Shown here: in pieces, positions 36,831 through 49,064 of the stretch | How the letters are laid out: each line of letters opens with the position of its first letter | Position numbering within the stretch: position 1 is the first letter of the stretch | Assembly: GCA_030390025.1 (NCBI GenBank) | Contig: CM059442.1 | Coordinates: 56,668,001 to 56,732,000 of the forward strand | Source: Squalus acanthias | Taxonomy: Eukaryota | Reading direction: 5' to 3' | Length of the DNA stretch: 64,000 nt | The notes under the pieces: generated by a model | Database searches by the model: none | Seen by the model: only the letters and a program-made list of their open reading frames with translations | What the model was told of the DNA's origin: nothing | Program-made: the position numbers and the translations under genes

Positions 36831-38952
36831 GGAACGCTCAGTGGAAATTTAGAAATATCATTATTGAAGAAGAGGATTGATTGTCAGTATTACATTTTAC
36901 AATCATAGCAAGATTTTAACTTGAAGGAGAGGCACCAGTCCTGAGAGGCCCAAAACACTTCTTTCTTAACTCAAATTGGAGGTGGCCTTGGGAATGGAGT
37001 AATGGCCATCTAGGGAAATGTCCCTGCAAAAAGCTTTTAGTCTTGGGGAATCCTTTTGGAAGGTGGTAATTTGAAAGTGAAGACTGATGTGTTTTATTAG
37101 CAGTTAGTGGGGTGTGTCTGTCAGCAGCAAACTGTCTGTGACATCTCTCTAACACCCTATGACTCTAACACCCCATGACACAAAAGCAATCAGAGGCTTC
37201 AAAAAAATCCCCCTTCAGTCTTAGGCGACAATGAAATTGGTTTCTATGATTTTCTCTTTCTAACTTTGTCTGTAAGGAGCCTGATTCGTTTCTACCAGAT
37301 ATTTTATATCTACATCTGATTTATACAAAGCAGAAAATGGTTATAAATCTCTAAAACAAGATAAATGTGGCAATGGCTTAGGAAACATAGTAATGTTACA
37401 GGAAATATGGAGGCAGCTTTTTATGAAATGCAACTGCCTTCAAACCCACATATATTAAGAAGTGCTTATCATATTGATAATTATATGTAAATGATTAGGA
37501 GTAAATGTATTGACATATGCAATATTTGGAATCGTTTTGGGGTTCCATCTAATCAAATCTGACAATTTTCTTTTCTTACCATGGATGTCAATCAATGCAA
37601 AAGCAATACACTCAGTGTACAATAACCTTGCTTAAGTGGAACTGTAACAGTAACTTGCCCCTCCCCCTTTTAACATTTGTACTTTATAACCGTTGAGAGC
37701 TAAAGAAAACTTATTCTTGCCCTCACCCAGAAATACAAAAAGATTCTTTGAAAATGGCCTGATTATATCTCGGAGCGATGCTCCACGAGGTTTTCTGTGC
37801 AGTAAACAGCGTGCAAAAGTGGAAGAGGGAGAAAACCTGATAAAAGCCCCACTTTTTTGGGATGAGAAAGCCAGATTCTGTGGAACAGATCGCACTGACT
37901 CCTTCGGTGCTGAATTCCCTAGGGATAATAAGGAACTCAGCGCCCGAGTAATTCACCTTACTTTTCGACTTTATTGGCTGCCTTTGCATACAACATGCCT
38001 TATTTATGCCCGCACTGTTTATGCCACAATAAAAGAGTTTATTTATACATTGAAACAATCATCCATACAGTGAAACATTTTCTTCCACATCGTTAAAACC
38101 TCACAATTTGACTTTTTTTTGTTTGTTAGCACCATGCAGTTTTATGTTTGTGGGTGTGATAATCCAATTTCCCACAGGATTAATATTCAACATCTGTACA
38201 AATGTGGAATGATGACTCACATATGTGAAATGACACCTCGATGGTCCCAGAAGTAGCTTAAAAGGCGGAATTATTGCTTCAGTGGAGGCTGTGCACATAT
38301 AGGATCCGCTGTCTCCGAACAGTATCAGTGCGTTCTAGATATTCTTCCACTCAAGCAAAAAGCCATAATAAACTGTACACGCATATGTAGGGACCATCCT
38401 CCAAATTGTTCGCATTTAAAGTCGAGTGAGCTGAAGACTATTTCTCCGGGTGGGAAACGGAGACTTGGTCACAAGGAATGTAAAATGATTTGAAATGCTT
38501 TTTTTTATTTGTTTGCGGTTGAAGACTGCTTGGACCTGTTTTGACAGGAGGGCGTCTGAGAGAACTGGTGAAGTATTAATTGCTTTGGTCCGTGCCGGGG
38601 CCCAGTTTGTGTGGTAACTTTTTTTCAGTACTATCTGCTTGTGTGTTAAAACTGGGAATTCTGTCCCTTTTGAGCCCTGACAGGGACTCGGCTCCTTTAC
38701 GGCGTTTGTCTTATGTTATAGCTTTAAAAGGCAATCTCTTATTTGGCAAAGGTTTAATCGCCTCATCTTGAGTTTTCTGTAACCCTTGGGAGATTGCATA
38801 ATGCACAACAGCACTAGATACATACTGCTTTTAATGACTGTGCTAACTCCACTGAATGGTCCCTTACATTACGCAGAGCCTGAATCTGTTTCTCATCACC
38901 AAACATATACAAGATTGTGCAAGTCAGCCTTAATGCTAAACATTATAAAGCA

Positions 38953-39194
38953 NNNNNNNNNNNNNNNNNNNNNNNNNNNNNNNNNNNNNNNNNNNNNNNN
39001 NNNNNNNNNNNNNNNNNNNNNNNNNNNNNNNNNNNNNNNNNNNNNNNNNNNNNNNNNNNNNNNNNNNNNNNNNNNNNNNNNNNNNNNNNNNNNNNNNNNN
39101 NNNNNNNNNNNNNNNNNNNNNNNNNNNNNNNNNNNNNNNNNNNNNNNNNNNNNNNNNNNNNNNNNNNNNNNNNNNNNNNNNNNNNNNNNNNNNN
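38953..39194. other. Assembly gap (242 N)
   Basis: Run of N. Confidence 1.
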
Positions 39195-40649
39195 ACTTAA
39201 AAAGAACCCCAAATGCTAAGCTATATTCAAAGGAAGACTATTTCTTAATGTTTGGTTGGATTTTAATCTTTTGAGGACTGGTATCTTCTTTCACCTATAA
39301 TAACATGTTTTGATATTTTTCAGTATGCTCAAATGCACAGAAAACTGTTCAGTGAAATTGTACTGTGCTCATATTCTGCTTTGTTAGATCTAATATTTGA
39401 AATCTGTGATATACCATGACTTTGACCACTTCAAAATAGAGCACGGAATTCAAATAACACCGTATGCCTAAAACGGATTAAAAATCCAGCATTCTCCACT
39501 TACAGTCTTTTGCACAACAATACCGGGGCTTTGAACAGAATGCGAAACGTGATATTTTGTGACTTATAATAGCCATTTACTGACATCAATTTGAGCTTTT
39601 GGTGAGGCCCTGTAGAATATTGGCAAGAGGGGAACAACATTACGATAGAAATAGATACTTATCTAATCACTTTGTCCTTGAGTTGGTCTGGGCCCTGTAC
39701 TATATTGCCCGTGTACTTTAGCCAGCGGTTAAGTTGCCATACAGAGGCCAGCTAGCTCCATTGCAATAACACAGCAAACAGTGAAATATATTCTTAGCCT
39801 TTCAGTTTATTAACTGAGCAATTGACGCACATGCTAATGGAAAAATATACACACACGCACACACGTAATTCCAAATTCGGAGCATGCTGAGGCTCGCTGG
39901 TATTTGTATTTGTTTGTTTATGTGCCAATATGTTTAGTATGGCCCAAATTCCTGATTTAATCAGTAATGGATTGAGTGTTCGATTACAAAAATAATTGGC
40001 TGCCACAGCCCTAATAAAGATTTATGAGGTACCCCAAAAGAATAAAGGTGATGGTGGCCTAACAAGAGGTAACGATGATTTATTGCGCAGTTCAGCTGTG
40101 GCTAATAAATCTCTATCTGTTATTCTAATGAAAGCTGTGACCTTTATCGCCTTGGTGAAGGATTCTTTAACTTTTTAACATGGCATCAATTACCAAATGA
40201 TGTTTCAACTGGAATTTGGACAATGCAAAATGGTGAATGTTTTAAGAATTGCAGCAGAATTAAACTTTACAAGATGGCTGCCTTTCACCTCCATGCCCCC
40301 CCCACCCGCCCCGCCCCCGCCAACCCACCACAGTTTATTTAGAAAAGGCAGTAAATGAAATGTCCTGTGTCGCTATGGAGTTTGCTATTTTGACTTTTAA
40401 TATTCAGCAACTTTCCTACAATAATTTTTTTAAAAAGCAGATGTTTTAGGCATATTTTTCAAGGCTCCCCAAAGACCCTCTGCTTAAAACGTAAGAAGAT
40501 TTAATAATAAAGGCGGGTCTTATAAATCATGAGCTTCTAATGCTAGTGCAGAATATCTTTCTATTTTTAGTGGTATTTGAGCAATTAAAAAACTTGCATC
40601 AAAATATGTGAGTCAGAAAGAATATGATTTTGATGTTAAGGACGGCCCC

Positions 40650-40810
40650 AGCCTATCCATGCGTTCGTTACTCTAGACTCGACTATTCCAATGCTCTCCT
40701 AGCTGGCCTCTCACCTCCGTAAACTTGAGCTCATCCAAAACTCTGCTGCCCGTGTCCTAACTTGCACTAGGTCCAGTTCACCCATCACCCCTGTGCTCAC
40801 ATTGGTCCCA
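40650..40810 (+). mobile_element. L2-clade LINE ORF2 internal fragment
   Basis: Reads IHAFV..RLDYSNALLAGL...LELIQNSAARVLTCTRSSSPITPVL, with frameshifts. Confidence 0.75.
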
Positions 40811-40811
40811 T

Positions 40812-41135
40812 TTGCCCTTCCGTATCTTGGCCAAATGACCATTCCGTGGAAACCTCGAGTGTCGACAGGCTGGCTGACCACTGCGAGTGCCACAGCTGAG
40901 CCCGTTCCTGCCCTCACCCTACAGCCACCTACCCACACAGCCAGCCAGCGAGGGTCGCTGGACTGTGATCAGCGACTAGCGTTCTCCTCCCTAGCCTAAT
41001 TGGCACTGAGGCCAATTATACCCCCTGCCCCACCCCACCACCACCACCACCAACTCAGCTGAGATCATCTAACTCAGCAGAGAGCAGGGATTGAACCAGG
41101 CACCCTGTGTAGTTCAGCTATTCAACCACGGGGGG
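40812..41135 (-). mobile_element. Old SINE-like repeat (family B; gctgagttag/ctgatcac/ggctgtg motifs)
   Basis: Minus strand has B-box-like ggttcaatccc, then gctgagttagatgatctcagc and aattggcctcagtgcc; related to 44120, 46730, 57420 and 60195. Confidence 0.6.
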
Positions 41136-41537
41136 AGCCCAGGAAAAAAATATTGTTTAAACTATTGTCGCTGCCAGTTTTGTTTTATTTAGTGAGGGTG
41201 CACAGATATTTTTAGAGGTTTTTGTAATTTGCATATGTTATTTGTGATGCCTAGTATAGAAGTATGGGGTCAAGAGATCTAATAATAAAATGATTGCCTC
41301 GCGTACCAGTTGCAGCTCAAAAATTAAATTTGTAGAGTTGTGTCATTCACTATGTGAAGGTACAACAAGGAGTTTTATTTTCGGAGAAACTTTTCAACCC
41401 GTTGTGTAACAAAAGATACTTTTTTTTTCTCTCCACCTCGAAAACTAATTTCAATCAGATGCGACTAGTATTGTAAAGTAGAATGAGAGAAAAGCACAGA
41501 ACCGGAGAACATTCTTAATTGAAAATATTATGGCACA

Positions 41538-41686
41538 AAGGGGAAGCTAGATAAGTACATGAGGGAGAAAGGAATAGAGGGATATGCAGATAGGGTGAGA
41601 TGAAGGGAGGAGGGTCGTGTGGAGCATGAACACCGGCATAGCCCAGTTGGGCCGAATGGCCTGTTTCTGTGCTGTAAATACTATGA
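41538..41686 (+). mobile_element. CR1 LINE 3' end fragment
   Basis: gggaagctagataagtacatgagggagaaagg...gttgggccgaatggcctgtttctgtgctgtaaatactatg. Confidence 0.8.
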
Positions 41687-42212
41687 AAATTAAGTAAGTC
41701 TTGTTGCAGAAATTGAGCCACAGTTGTTGAAGGGTTAATCAGTTTAAAAATCTGCTTTTTTACTTCTAATTCACAGAAAAACTGACATTGCTAAAATCGC
41801 CACAAAAAGATGGAGCTACTTGGCTGCTCAAGAACTTTTGTTTTTAACAATACCATCTCCTGAGAGAATTTCAACATACTGTTCAAATTTACCAATTCGG
41901 CTTCTTGCAGGCAATGCTTTTAACCCTTTACCCCCAGGATTTTCGCTTTCATGGAAAACAAAACTCTACGAAGGCAAAAGGTTAAAGATTATACGGTTTC
42001 GATACAAATTCTTTCAAGTGAATGAGAGGCACATGCCGAAACCGTCGGCCGAAAGTTGAAAATATCAAAGCGGCATTAACAACAAAACGTAGAACTCTAG
42101 GGGGAGAGAGAGAGAATCTGTCCTTGGCCAGATCAAAGATGACTTGCAGCATAAAGCTGCTGCTGATGTTTTCTCATTACGTGTCGAAAGGAGGAGACAA
42201 AGGCCAGATATC

Positions 42213-42643
42213 CTTGCATTTCTATAGCGCCTTTCACGACCTCAGGGCGTCCCAAATGCTTTACAACCAATGAAGTACTTTTTTGAAGTGTAGTCACTGT
42301 TGTAATGTAGGAAACGCGGCAGCCAATTTGTGCACAGCAAGCTCCCACAAAGAGCAGTGTGATAAAGGCCAGATAATCTGTTTTAGTGATGTTGATTGAG
42401 GGATAAATATTGGCCAGGACATCGGGGAGAACTCCCCTGCTCTTCTTAGAAATAGCGCCATGGGATCTTTTACGTCCACCTGAGAGAGCAGACGGGTCCT
42501 CGGTTTAATGTCTCATCCGAAAGACGGCACCTCCGACAGTGCAGCACTCCCTCAGCACTGCACTGGGAGTGCCAGCCTAGATTATTGTGCTCAGGTCCCT
42601 GGACTTGAACCCACAACCTTCTGACTCAGAGGCGAGAGTGCTA
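42213..42643 (-). mobile_element. tRNA-derived Deu-domain SINE (SacSINE1/AmnSINE1-related), near full length
   Basis: tRNA-like head (ctgagtcagaaggttgtgggttcaagtcc), Deu core gcactgtcggaggtgccgtctttcggatgagac...aaagatcccatggc, and an L2-like tail. Confidence 0.88.
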
Positions 42644-42911
42644 GAAATTAAGAAGAAAAATAAAACACAAAAATTACAGTCTACACATGATGTACGCATG
42701 TGATTGCTCACGTCATGCTTGTTTATGCAGACATTTTTCCCCTTTAGTCTTTAAAAAAAAAATCTTTCCAATTGCTTCTGGTAGCCCCTTCACGATGGTT
42801 TAAGTCAGGGAAGGACTGCTGGGTAGGAACAATTGGTACTCAAGTGGTCATTTCTTCTCCTCCCCCTCTCCCTCCTCCTTACTACCTGCTAGTTTGTGAA
42901 TGGGGTACAAC

Positions 42912-43075
42912 CAATGTTCCCTCTAATTTTTATTTTGGCTGCGCGGCCCCTTTAATGGGCTGCGCGGCCCATTCAAATCTCGGCGCATGCGCGGTTTTTC
43001 CATTTAAAAGCCGGTGAGCAGCCTGTGCGGGGCCTCCAGACCGCTGCGTGGCCACGTGGCTTAATGGGACCATTG
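42912..43075. mobile_element. Non-autonomous hAT-type MITE (164 bp)
   Basis: TIRs CAATGTTCCCTCTAA / TTAATGGGACCATTG (12/15 complementary) and 8-bp flanks GGTACAAC / GGTATAAT (6/8). Confidence 0.7.
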
Positions 43076-43719
43076 GGTATAATCCCACTTACCAGCTCGG
43101 AGAAACAATGGCACTGGGTTCATTCAGCGAATCTGGCATGCAATCCCATAAGAAACAGGCTAGCGAAGAATCTGAACTACATGCTATTAAATCTTTTTGT
43201 TTAATGTGGTGCTGTGCTTTCATTTTGTCTTGGTGTTATTCGCCACAGTCTCTAAAGTACTGGTTTGTCCAGGCCAGTGAAACGATCCGCTATCTTTAAA
43301 TTGAGAGACGGCTTGGCACCAGGGCGCAGAAGGGATGCAGGCTCACTAAACTGAAGGACTTAGTCATCCATGGCCGGTGGATCAATCTGCCAAAAATCAT
43401 GGGTCTTCAGACTAAAGAGTCAGCTCCCATGCTCTGGACAGCTTCACTCCGACAGGCTCTCACTGGAGAATGCAAGCAGCACAGAGTGGAACCCGCTTCA
43501 TGTCAGGATGTCAGTTTTAAAACATTTCCCTTCAACAGTACGATGCGCTGAAATAACGCAACGCTGTAAGATTTCAGTAACCGCACGGCGAATAAGGAGT
43601 AACCGCCTCCTTGTAAAGTGAAGCGTTTCGTCATCCGCTAGTGCTACAGTACAGGTAAACTGAAGCTGCCACCGTTAACCTGCAGTTTACATTGTTTCAG
43701 ATCTCATTACCCAGATATA

Positions 43720-43945
43720 TAACGACAATGTGCATTTATATAGCGCCTTTAACGTAGTAAAATGTTCCAAGGCGCTGCACAGGACCGTTATCAGACAAAA
43801 ATTGACACCGAACCATGTAAGAAGGTATTAGGACAGGGAAAGAGGTAGGTTTTAAGGAGCGTCCTAAAGGAGGAAAGCGAGGTAGAGAGGTTTAGGGAGG
43901 GATTTCCAGAGCTTAGGGCACGGCTGCCAATGGTGGGGGGCGAAG
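43720..43945 (-). mobile_element. L2-clade LINE 3' end fragment
   Basis: gcatttatatagcgcctttaacgtagtaaaatgttccaaggcgct...gaggtaggttttaaggagcgtc...ttccagagcttaggg. Confidence 0.8.
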
Positions 43946-44119
43946 GAAATCGCGCATTTCAACAAAGTCACCGATTGACCAATGCAATTCTAAAATATAA
44001 AGTTGAACTTTAAATATCATTAGTTCAACCATTTTGTAACTAGGTTTAAAATATAATGGATTATTTTTTCATTTTAATATCAATGACTCTTTTGATAAGT
44101 TCCTCCGCCTGTTTTCCAA

Positions 44120-44450
44120 CCCACCTTAAAGGCGCTGTTTGGCTGTAATTTCACAGAAGCCATCCTCCTCCAGCACCTCACTTGAGTGGCCATCCTTCAC
44201 CTTTGAACTGTGGCGGTATCTGCAGGCGATTCACCCACAGGGGCCGTCCTAACCGCATCCCGACCTCACCTGTTGTTCACGACCGCAGTGCTTCCAGCAG
44301 GGATCACGGGATCCCTTGCAGATTTCCCCCCCCCTCCCAAAGGTGCTGAGGCTAATTGTCGCACACCTGCCGTAACCCAACTGAGACCATCTGGCTCAGC
44401 ACAGACTCGGCCTCAAACCCGTGCTCCTCTGCTTTACTGAATAAATGGCT
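44120..44450 (-). mobile_element. Old SINE-like repeat (family B), degraded
   Basis: gctgaggctaattgt...caactgagaccatctggctcagcacagac is colinear with the 40812-41135 copy. Confidence 0.5.
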
Positions 44451-44807
44451 GAGTCTTCACGAAGCCCGAGTATCAGTTCTTAGAATTATTCCAGGTCTTA
44501 AATTCCGCACGCTCTTGTCATCTTTTTAAAACGAGGCCAAATATTTTGAAGTAATGCAGGTCGCAGATAAAGGAAACATCTAAAACAGATCTCTATCTTC
44601 AGAAATATCATATATTTGCAGAGATATATATATCCTGTAAAAGGAACCAGTAGCTTTAATGTTATTTTCAGTGTGAATCCTGGATGAAGCTTTCTCCAAA
44701 ACCCTCACTATAAGATTTATCACAAAACTCCCACTGCAGCACCACAGCAAGGAGATGGAGATGTGACTATTGTAAAGTGTTTTGCTTAAATCTTGAGCTC
44801 TCTCGTA

Positions 44808-45065
44808 TCAACAACAACTTGCCTTAACTTAGTAAAATATCCCAAGATGCTTCACAGGAGCGATTATCAAACACAATTTGACACCGAGCCACATATGGAG
44901 AAATTAGGGCAGGTGACCAAAAGCTTGGTCAAAGAGGTAGGTTTTAAGGAGCGTCTTAAAGGAGGAGGTGTAGCGATGCGGAGAGGTTTAGGGAGGGAAT
45001 TCCAGAGCTTAGGACCTAGGCAGCTGAAGGCACGGCCGCCAATGGTGGGGCGTTGAAAATCGGGG
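44808..45065 (-). mobile_element. L2-clade LINE 3' end fragment
   Basis: ORF remnant TIGGRAFSCLGPKLWNSLPKPLR and a (CAA)n tail at 44809. Confidence 0.85.
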
Positions 45066-45221
45066 ATGCCCACCAACCTCCTGCAGCATACGACTTACTG
45101 CAGTTTGATCTGGTCTGACGTGATGTGAAATGGATGGGGGTGAAGCTACACTGTAAGCCCCACGAATAGGTGCTTCAGGTCACCTTGTACGATCCGCTAC
45201 TGAAGTTTGGTTACGGAGAGG

Positions 45222-45565
45222 GAAAGAAAGAACTTGCATTTATATAGCACCTTACACATCCTCAGGACATCCCAAAGCGCTTCACACCCGATGAATTGCT
45301 TTTGAAGTGAAGTCACTGGTATGTAGGCAAATGTGCCAGCCAACTTGTGTACAGCAAATGAGACAAAAGACCAGGTAATCTGCTGTGGTGCTGTTAGTAG
45401 AGGGATCAATATTGACCGGGACACATGGAGACATTCCTTGCTCTTCTTTGAATGGGATCTTTTACATGCACCCGAACAGGAAGATAGCACCTCAATTTAA
45501 TGTCTCATTCACAGGGTGGCACCTCTGATAATGCAGCGACCTCAGTACTGTGTTGTATGGACTGA
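45222..45565 (-). mobile_element. Deu-domain SINE, degraded and 5'-truncated
   Basis: aagaacttgcatttatatagcac...gggatcttttacatgcacc...ggcacctctgataatgcagc. Confidence 0.75.
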
Positions 45566-46729
45566 TTATACTGGAGCCAAAACACCTCTGAAATGAGTTT
45601 TTCCAATGTGCAGTATGACCACTACGTCTGCGTTTACTGTTTGCTGTCCATGTAACGGTATAGCTGCAAGTTCCTATTCCATATTGTTCCTCGATCTGAT
45701 CCATCATGAAGCATACCATTGTGGTGACCTCATTTCCCACCCGCGCGTTCATTGCCACATGGACAGTATAGCTGATGCATAATTGAAGAAATCTGTCTCT
45801 GGTACCGTCCCAGATTCCTGGCACCAGAGCCAGTATAAGCAAGTTATAAGGAAACACGTGGCCAAGCGTAAACTTGGCGATTTACAATAATGCTGGTCAA
45901 ATGGAACAGATTGTGGCATTTCCATATCGCGCTCATTCTTTTACATTCCAACTGTATATCTCTTCATAAAACAAAGTGCCATGCAGCCCATGTCAATGGA
46001 TGTTTGGTCGCAGTGAGATCACATTCGCTGTGGCTGCCCGGTACAGCACTGTTGAAGATCAGGCAGACTCGGTAACAATATCCAGCAGAATCTGGCTCAG
46101 GCTGGCACAGCTCTGATTAAACATTCCCCCCAACACTGCTCCAACTAATGGTTGTTCCAGCCATGGGCCAGTGTGAAAGGATCTGAGGGAAATAACAATG
46201 CTTGTGTATGAATAACTGGTGGTGACAAAGATGAAAATAAAACAAGTTATCCTTCGTGGCAATAGTGAAGATTGTGATTTTTATTTGTGAAAACCCAAGT
46301 GTCAAATGGTTTGAATCCCCCCCCCCCCCACCCCCCCGCTGAATTTTCTGCCCTCTTTCCCACAGGGCGCTGGGGTACATGTCCACAGGCGCTAACAATC
46401 CTCCAGCACCACACCCAAAAACGCCCATGCTTAACACATGAACCTGGACAGCGAGTGTCAGCAGAGAGAGCTGGTCCTTTCCACACATGCACTTCCCAGC
46501 CCGAGTTCCTGCACAGTAATCAGGAGCGGGACCCCTGACCGGCCTAGCCAAAGCAAGCCTTGTGTAGTGCCTCTACTGCCATTCCACCTACCAGTAAACC
46601 TTCCTGGCCCTTACAGCTCAGGGGCACCCGGGAAGCGCACTTCCACACCGAGCCATCCCCAAGCGTGTACATTTGGAATTCTGTTCCTTCCTTGCCAACT
46701 TTCTCCCGAGCACACTTCCGGTGACATTG

Positions 46730-46870
46730 AGCCCTTGCTGAGGTAGAGTTTTGTGGATGCTGGGCACCTTCTGATATCCCACCCATTGCTCATGTGTGAG
46801 CCTTGATAGCGAGTGTTGGCTGGCTATTCACACACACACAGGGAAGGCATCACAGCCAAGCACAGTCGAG
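46730..46870 (-). mobile_element. Old SINE-like repeat (family B), 3' part
   Basis: catgtgtgagccttgatagcgagtgttggctggctattca...ggcatcacagccaagc; shares cttggctgtga with 60399. Confidence 0.5.
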
Positions 46871-46884
46871 ACTTCTTTTGATGC

Positions 46885-47120
46885 TCACACACACACACAG
46901 GTAGACACACACACACATAGACACACACATGTAGACACACACACATGTAGACACACATACATGTAGACACACATGTCGAGGCACACAAACAGGTAGACAC
47001 ACACTGTAGACACACGAACACAATGTCGAGACACACACACGTCAAGACGCACACATGTAGATACACACACTAAACACACATACGCGTATACACACACACA
47101 CACACACGTCAAGACACACA
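46885..47120. repeat. Compound (CA)n / ACACATGTAG low-complexity repeat
   Basis: CA runs punctuated by tgtag/gtcgag/gtcaag. Confidence 0.9.
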
Positions 47121-47774
47121 GGTGGGGAGCTACAATCTAACTTCTTAAAATGTGCAATGCACTGGGGGAGGAAGCTGACCGAAGAGATGCGGTTTAATAT
47201 TTTGTGACACAAAAGGCTGTGCACTGCAGAACAATTCAGGCCTGACAGGGTCACCCCGTCGCTGGTAATGACACGTGCTCACTGCGTGCTCTGTGCCAAA
47301 TGCTTTTGTCTTTGTAAATAAATGTTGCTTGTCTGATGTTGCCTGATGCTGGCCATAATCCCCAGGTTCTTAATGGAATCGAGCAGATTGTTTATAAAAT
47401 GCTACTTGTGGCTTGGTAGCTGTGACTACCAGACACTAAAAATGGATCCAACTGGTGGCCATGTGCAGACGCACCCCGGTGATCCGATTGTGGTTGAGGA
47501 GTATTTCACCCAGGACCATTTTTGGAGAATTCCCTGCATCGAACACAAGGGTCTCCGATTTCTCACGGTAGAAATCTCAAACTGGGTGCACCGGAGCAAA
47601 TCTAATCACAGAAAGACATTTCTTGTAACATGGTATCGCTAAGGAAGGTGTGGGGAATCACTTCCTCTCACCGCCGGGGTTGGAGATAATGACCATCCCC
47701 TGGAGAGATTAAGGACACAATTATTAACTCTTTAAAGACTGGGACCGGAGGGAGGGATTGACATCTAGATCTTA

Positions 47775-48030
47775 ATCGCTCCACTGTTGGCGGCCGTGCC
47801 TTCAGCTGCCACGGCCCTCAGCTCTGGAATTCCCTCCCTAAACCTCGCCACCTTTCTACCTCTCTTTCCTCTTTTAAGACGCTCCTTAAAACCTACCTCT
47901 TTGACCAATCTGCCCTAATATCTCCTATGTGGCTCAGTGTCAAATTTTGTTTTATAACTCTCCTGAGAAGCGCCGTGGGACATTTTACTCCGTTAAAGGT
48001 GCTACATAAATACAAGTTGTTGTTGTTATT
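47775..48030 (+). mobile_element. L2-clade LINE 3' end fragment
   Basis: ggcggccgtgccttcagctgcc...ctctggaattccctccctaaacc...ttaaaggtgctacataaatacaagttgttgttgtt. Confidence 0.85.
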
Positions 48031-48075
48031 GGAAGCATGCCTGTCTTGCTTGCTGACTTTCTTTCAAGTTACTTA

Positions 48076-48980
48076 TTGATGCCTTTAAGAGGAAGCGAGA
48101 TAAGTACATGAGGGAGGAAGGAATAGAAGGATATGTTGATAGGGTGAGATGAAGTAAGGTCATAGAGTCATAGTCATAGAGTCATTACGGCACAGAAGGA
48201 GGCCATTCGGCCCATCGAGTCCGTGCCGGCTCTCTAGAGCAATCGAGTCAGCCCCATTCTCCCCGCTCTATCCCCGTAGCCCTGCAAGTTTATTTCCCTC
48301 AAGTGCCTATCCAATTTCCTTTTGAAATAATTGATCATCTCCGCTTCCACCACCCTCGTCAGCAGCGAGTTCCAGATCATTACCACTCGCTGCATTAAAA
48401 AGTTCTTCCTCACATCCCCCCTGTATCTCTTGCCCAATACCTTAAATCTGTGTCCCCTAGTCCTTGTACCATCAGCTAATGGGAACAGCCTTTCTCTGTT
48501 TACCTTATCCAAACCCGTCATAATCTTGTACACCTCTATCAAATCTCCCCTCAACCTCTTTTGCTCCAAGGAGAACAACCCCAGCTTCTCCAACCTAACC
48601 GTGTAGCTAAAATCCCTCATCCCTGGAACCATTCTGGTAAATCTCCTCTGCACCCTCTCAAGGACCTTCACATCCTTCCTAAAGTATGGTGACCAGAACC
48701 GGACACAATACTCTAGTTGTGGCCTAACCAGAGCTTTATAAAGGTTCAGCATAACTTCCCTGCTTTTGTATTCAATACCTCTATTTATGAAGCCCAAGAT
48801 CCCATATGCTTTGCTAACCACTCTCTCAATATGTCCTGCCACCTTCAAAGATCTATGCACATGAACCCCCAGGTCCCTCTGTCCCTGCACACTCTTTAGA
48901 ACTGTGCCATTAAGTCTATATTGGGAGGAGGCTCATGTGGAGCATAAACACCGGCCTGTTTCTGTGCTATAAATTCTATG
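48076..48980 (+). mobile_element. Short CR1 3' fragment split in two (48076-48160 and 48922-48980) by a younger CR1
   Basis: The joined halves reproduce the uninterrupted copy at 41538-41686. Confidence 0.8.
48161..48921 (-). mobile_element. Young 5'-truncated CR1 LINE with an open 218-aa ORF2 C-terminus
   Basis: RDLGVHVHRSLK...LYKALVRPQLEYCVRFWSP...LERVQRRFTRMVPG...RLRGDLIEVYKI; tandem CATAGAGT tail. Confidence 0.95.
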
Positions 48981-49064
48981 GAATTTGGTGGTGTGGATTT
49001 CCGTATGTTTGACAACGTTGCCTCAACCTTTCTTTTAAAGACGCTTTTTCACTGGCCCTGTTTA

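Noticed and set aside
38786-39274. ORFs spanning the N-run
   Set aside because: Artefacts of the assembly gap.
46824-47112. Cys/Val-rich ORFs
   Set aside because: Translations of the (CA)n-type repeat.
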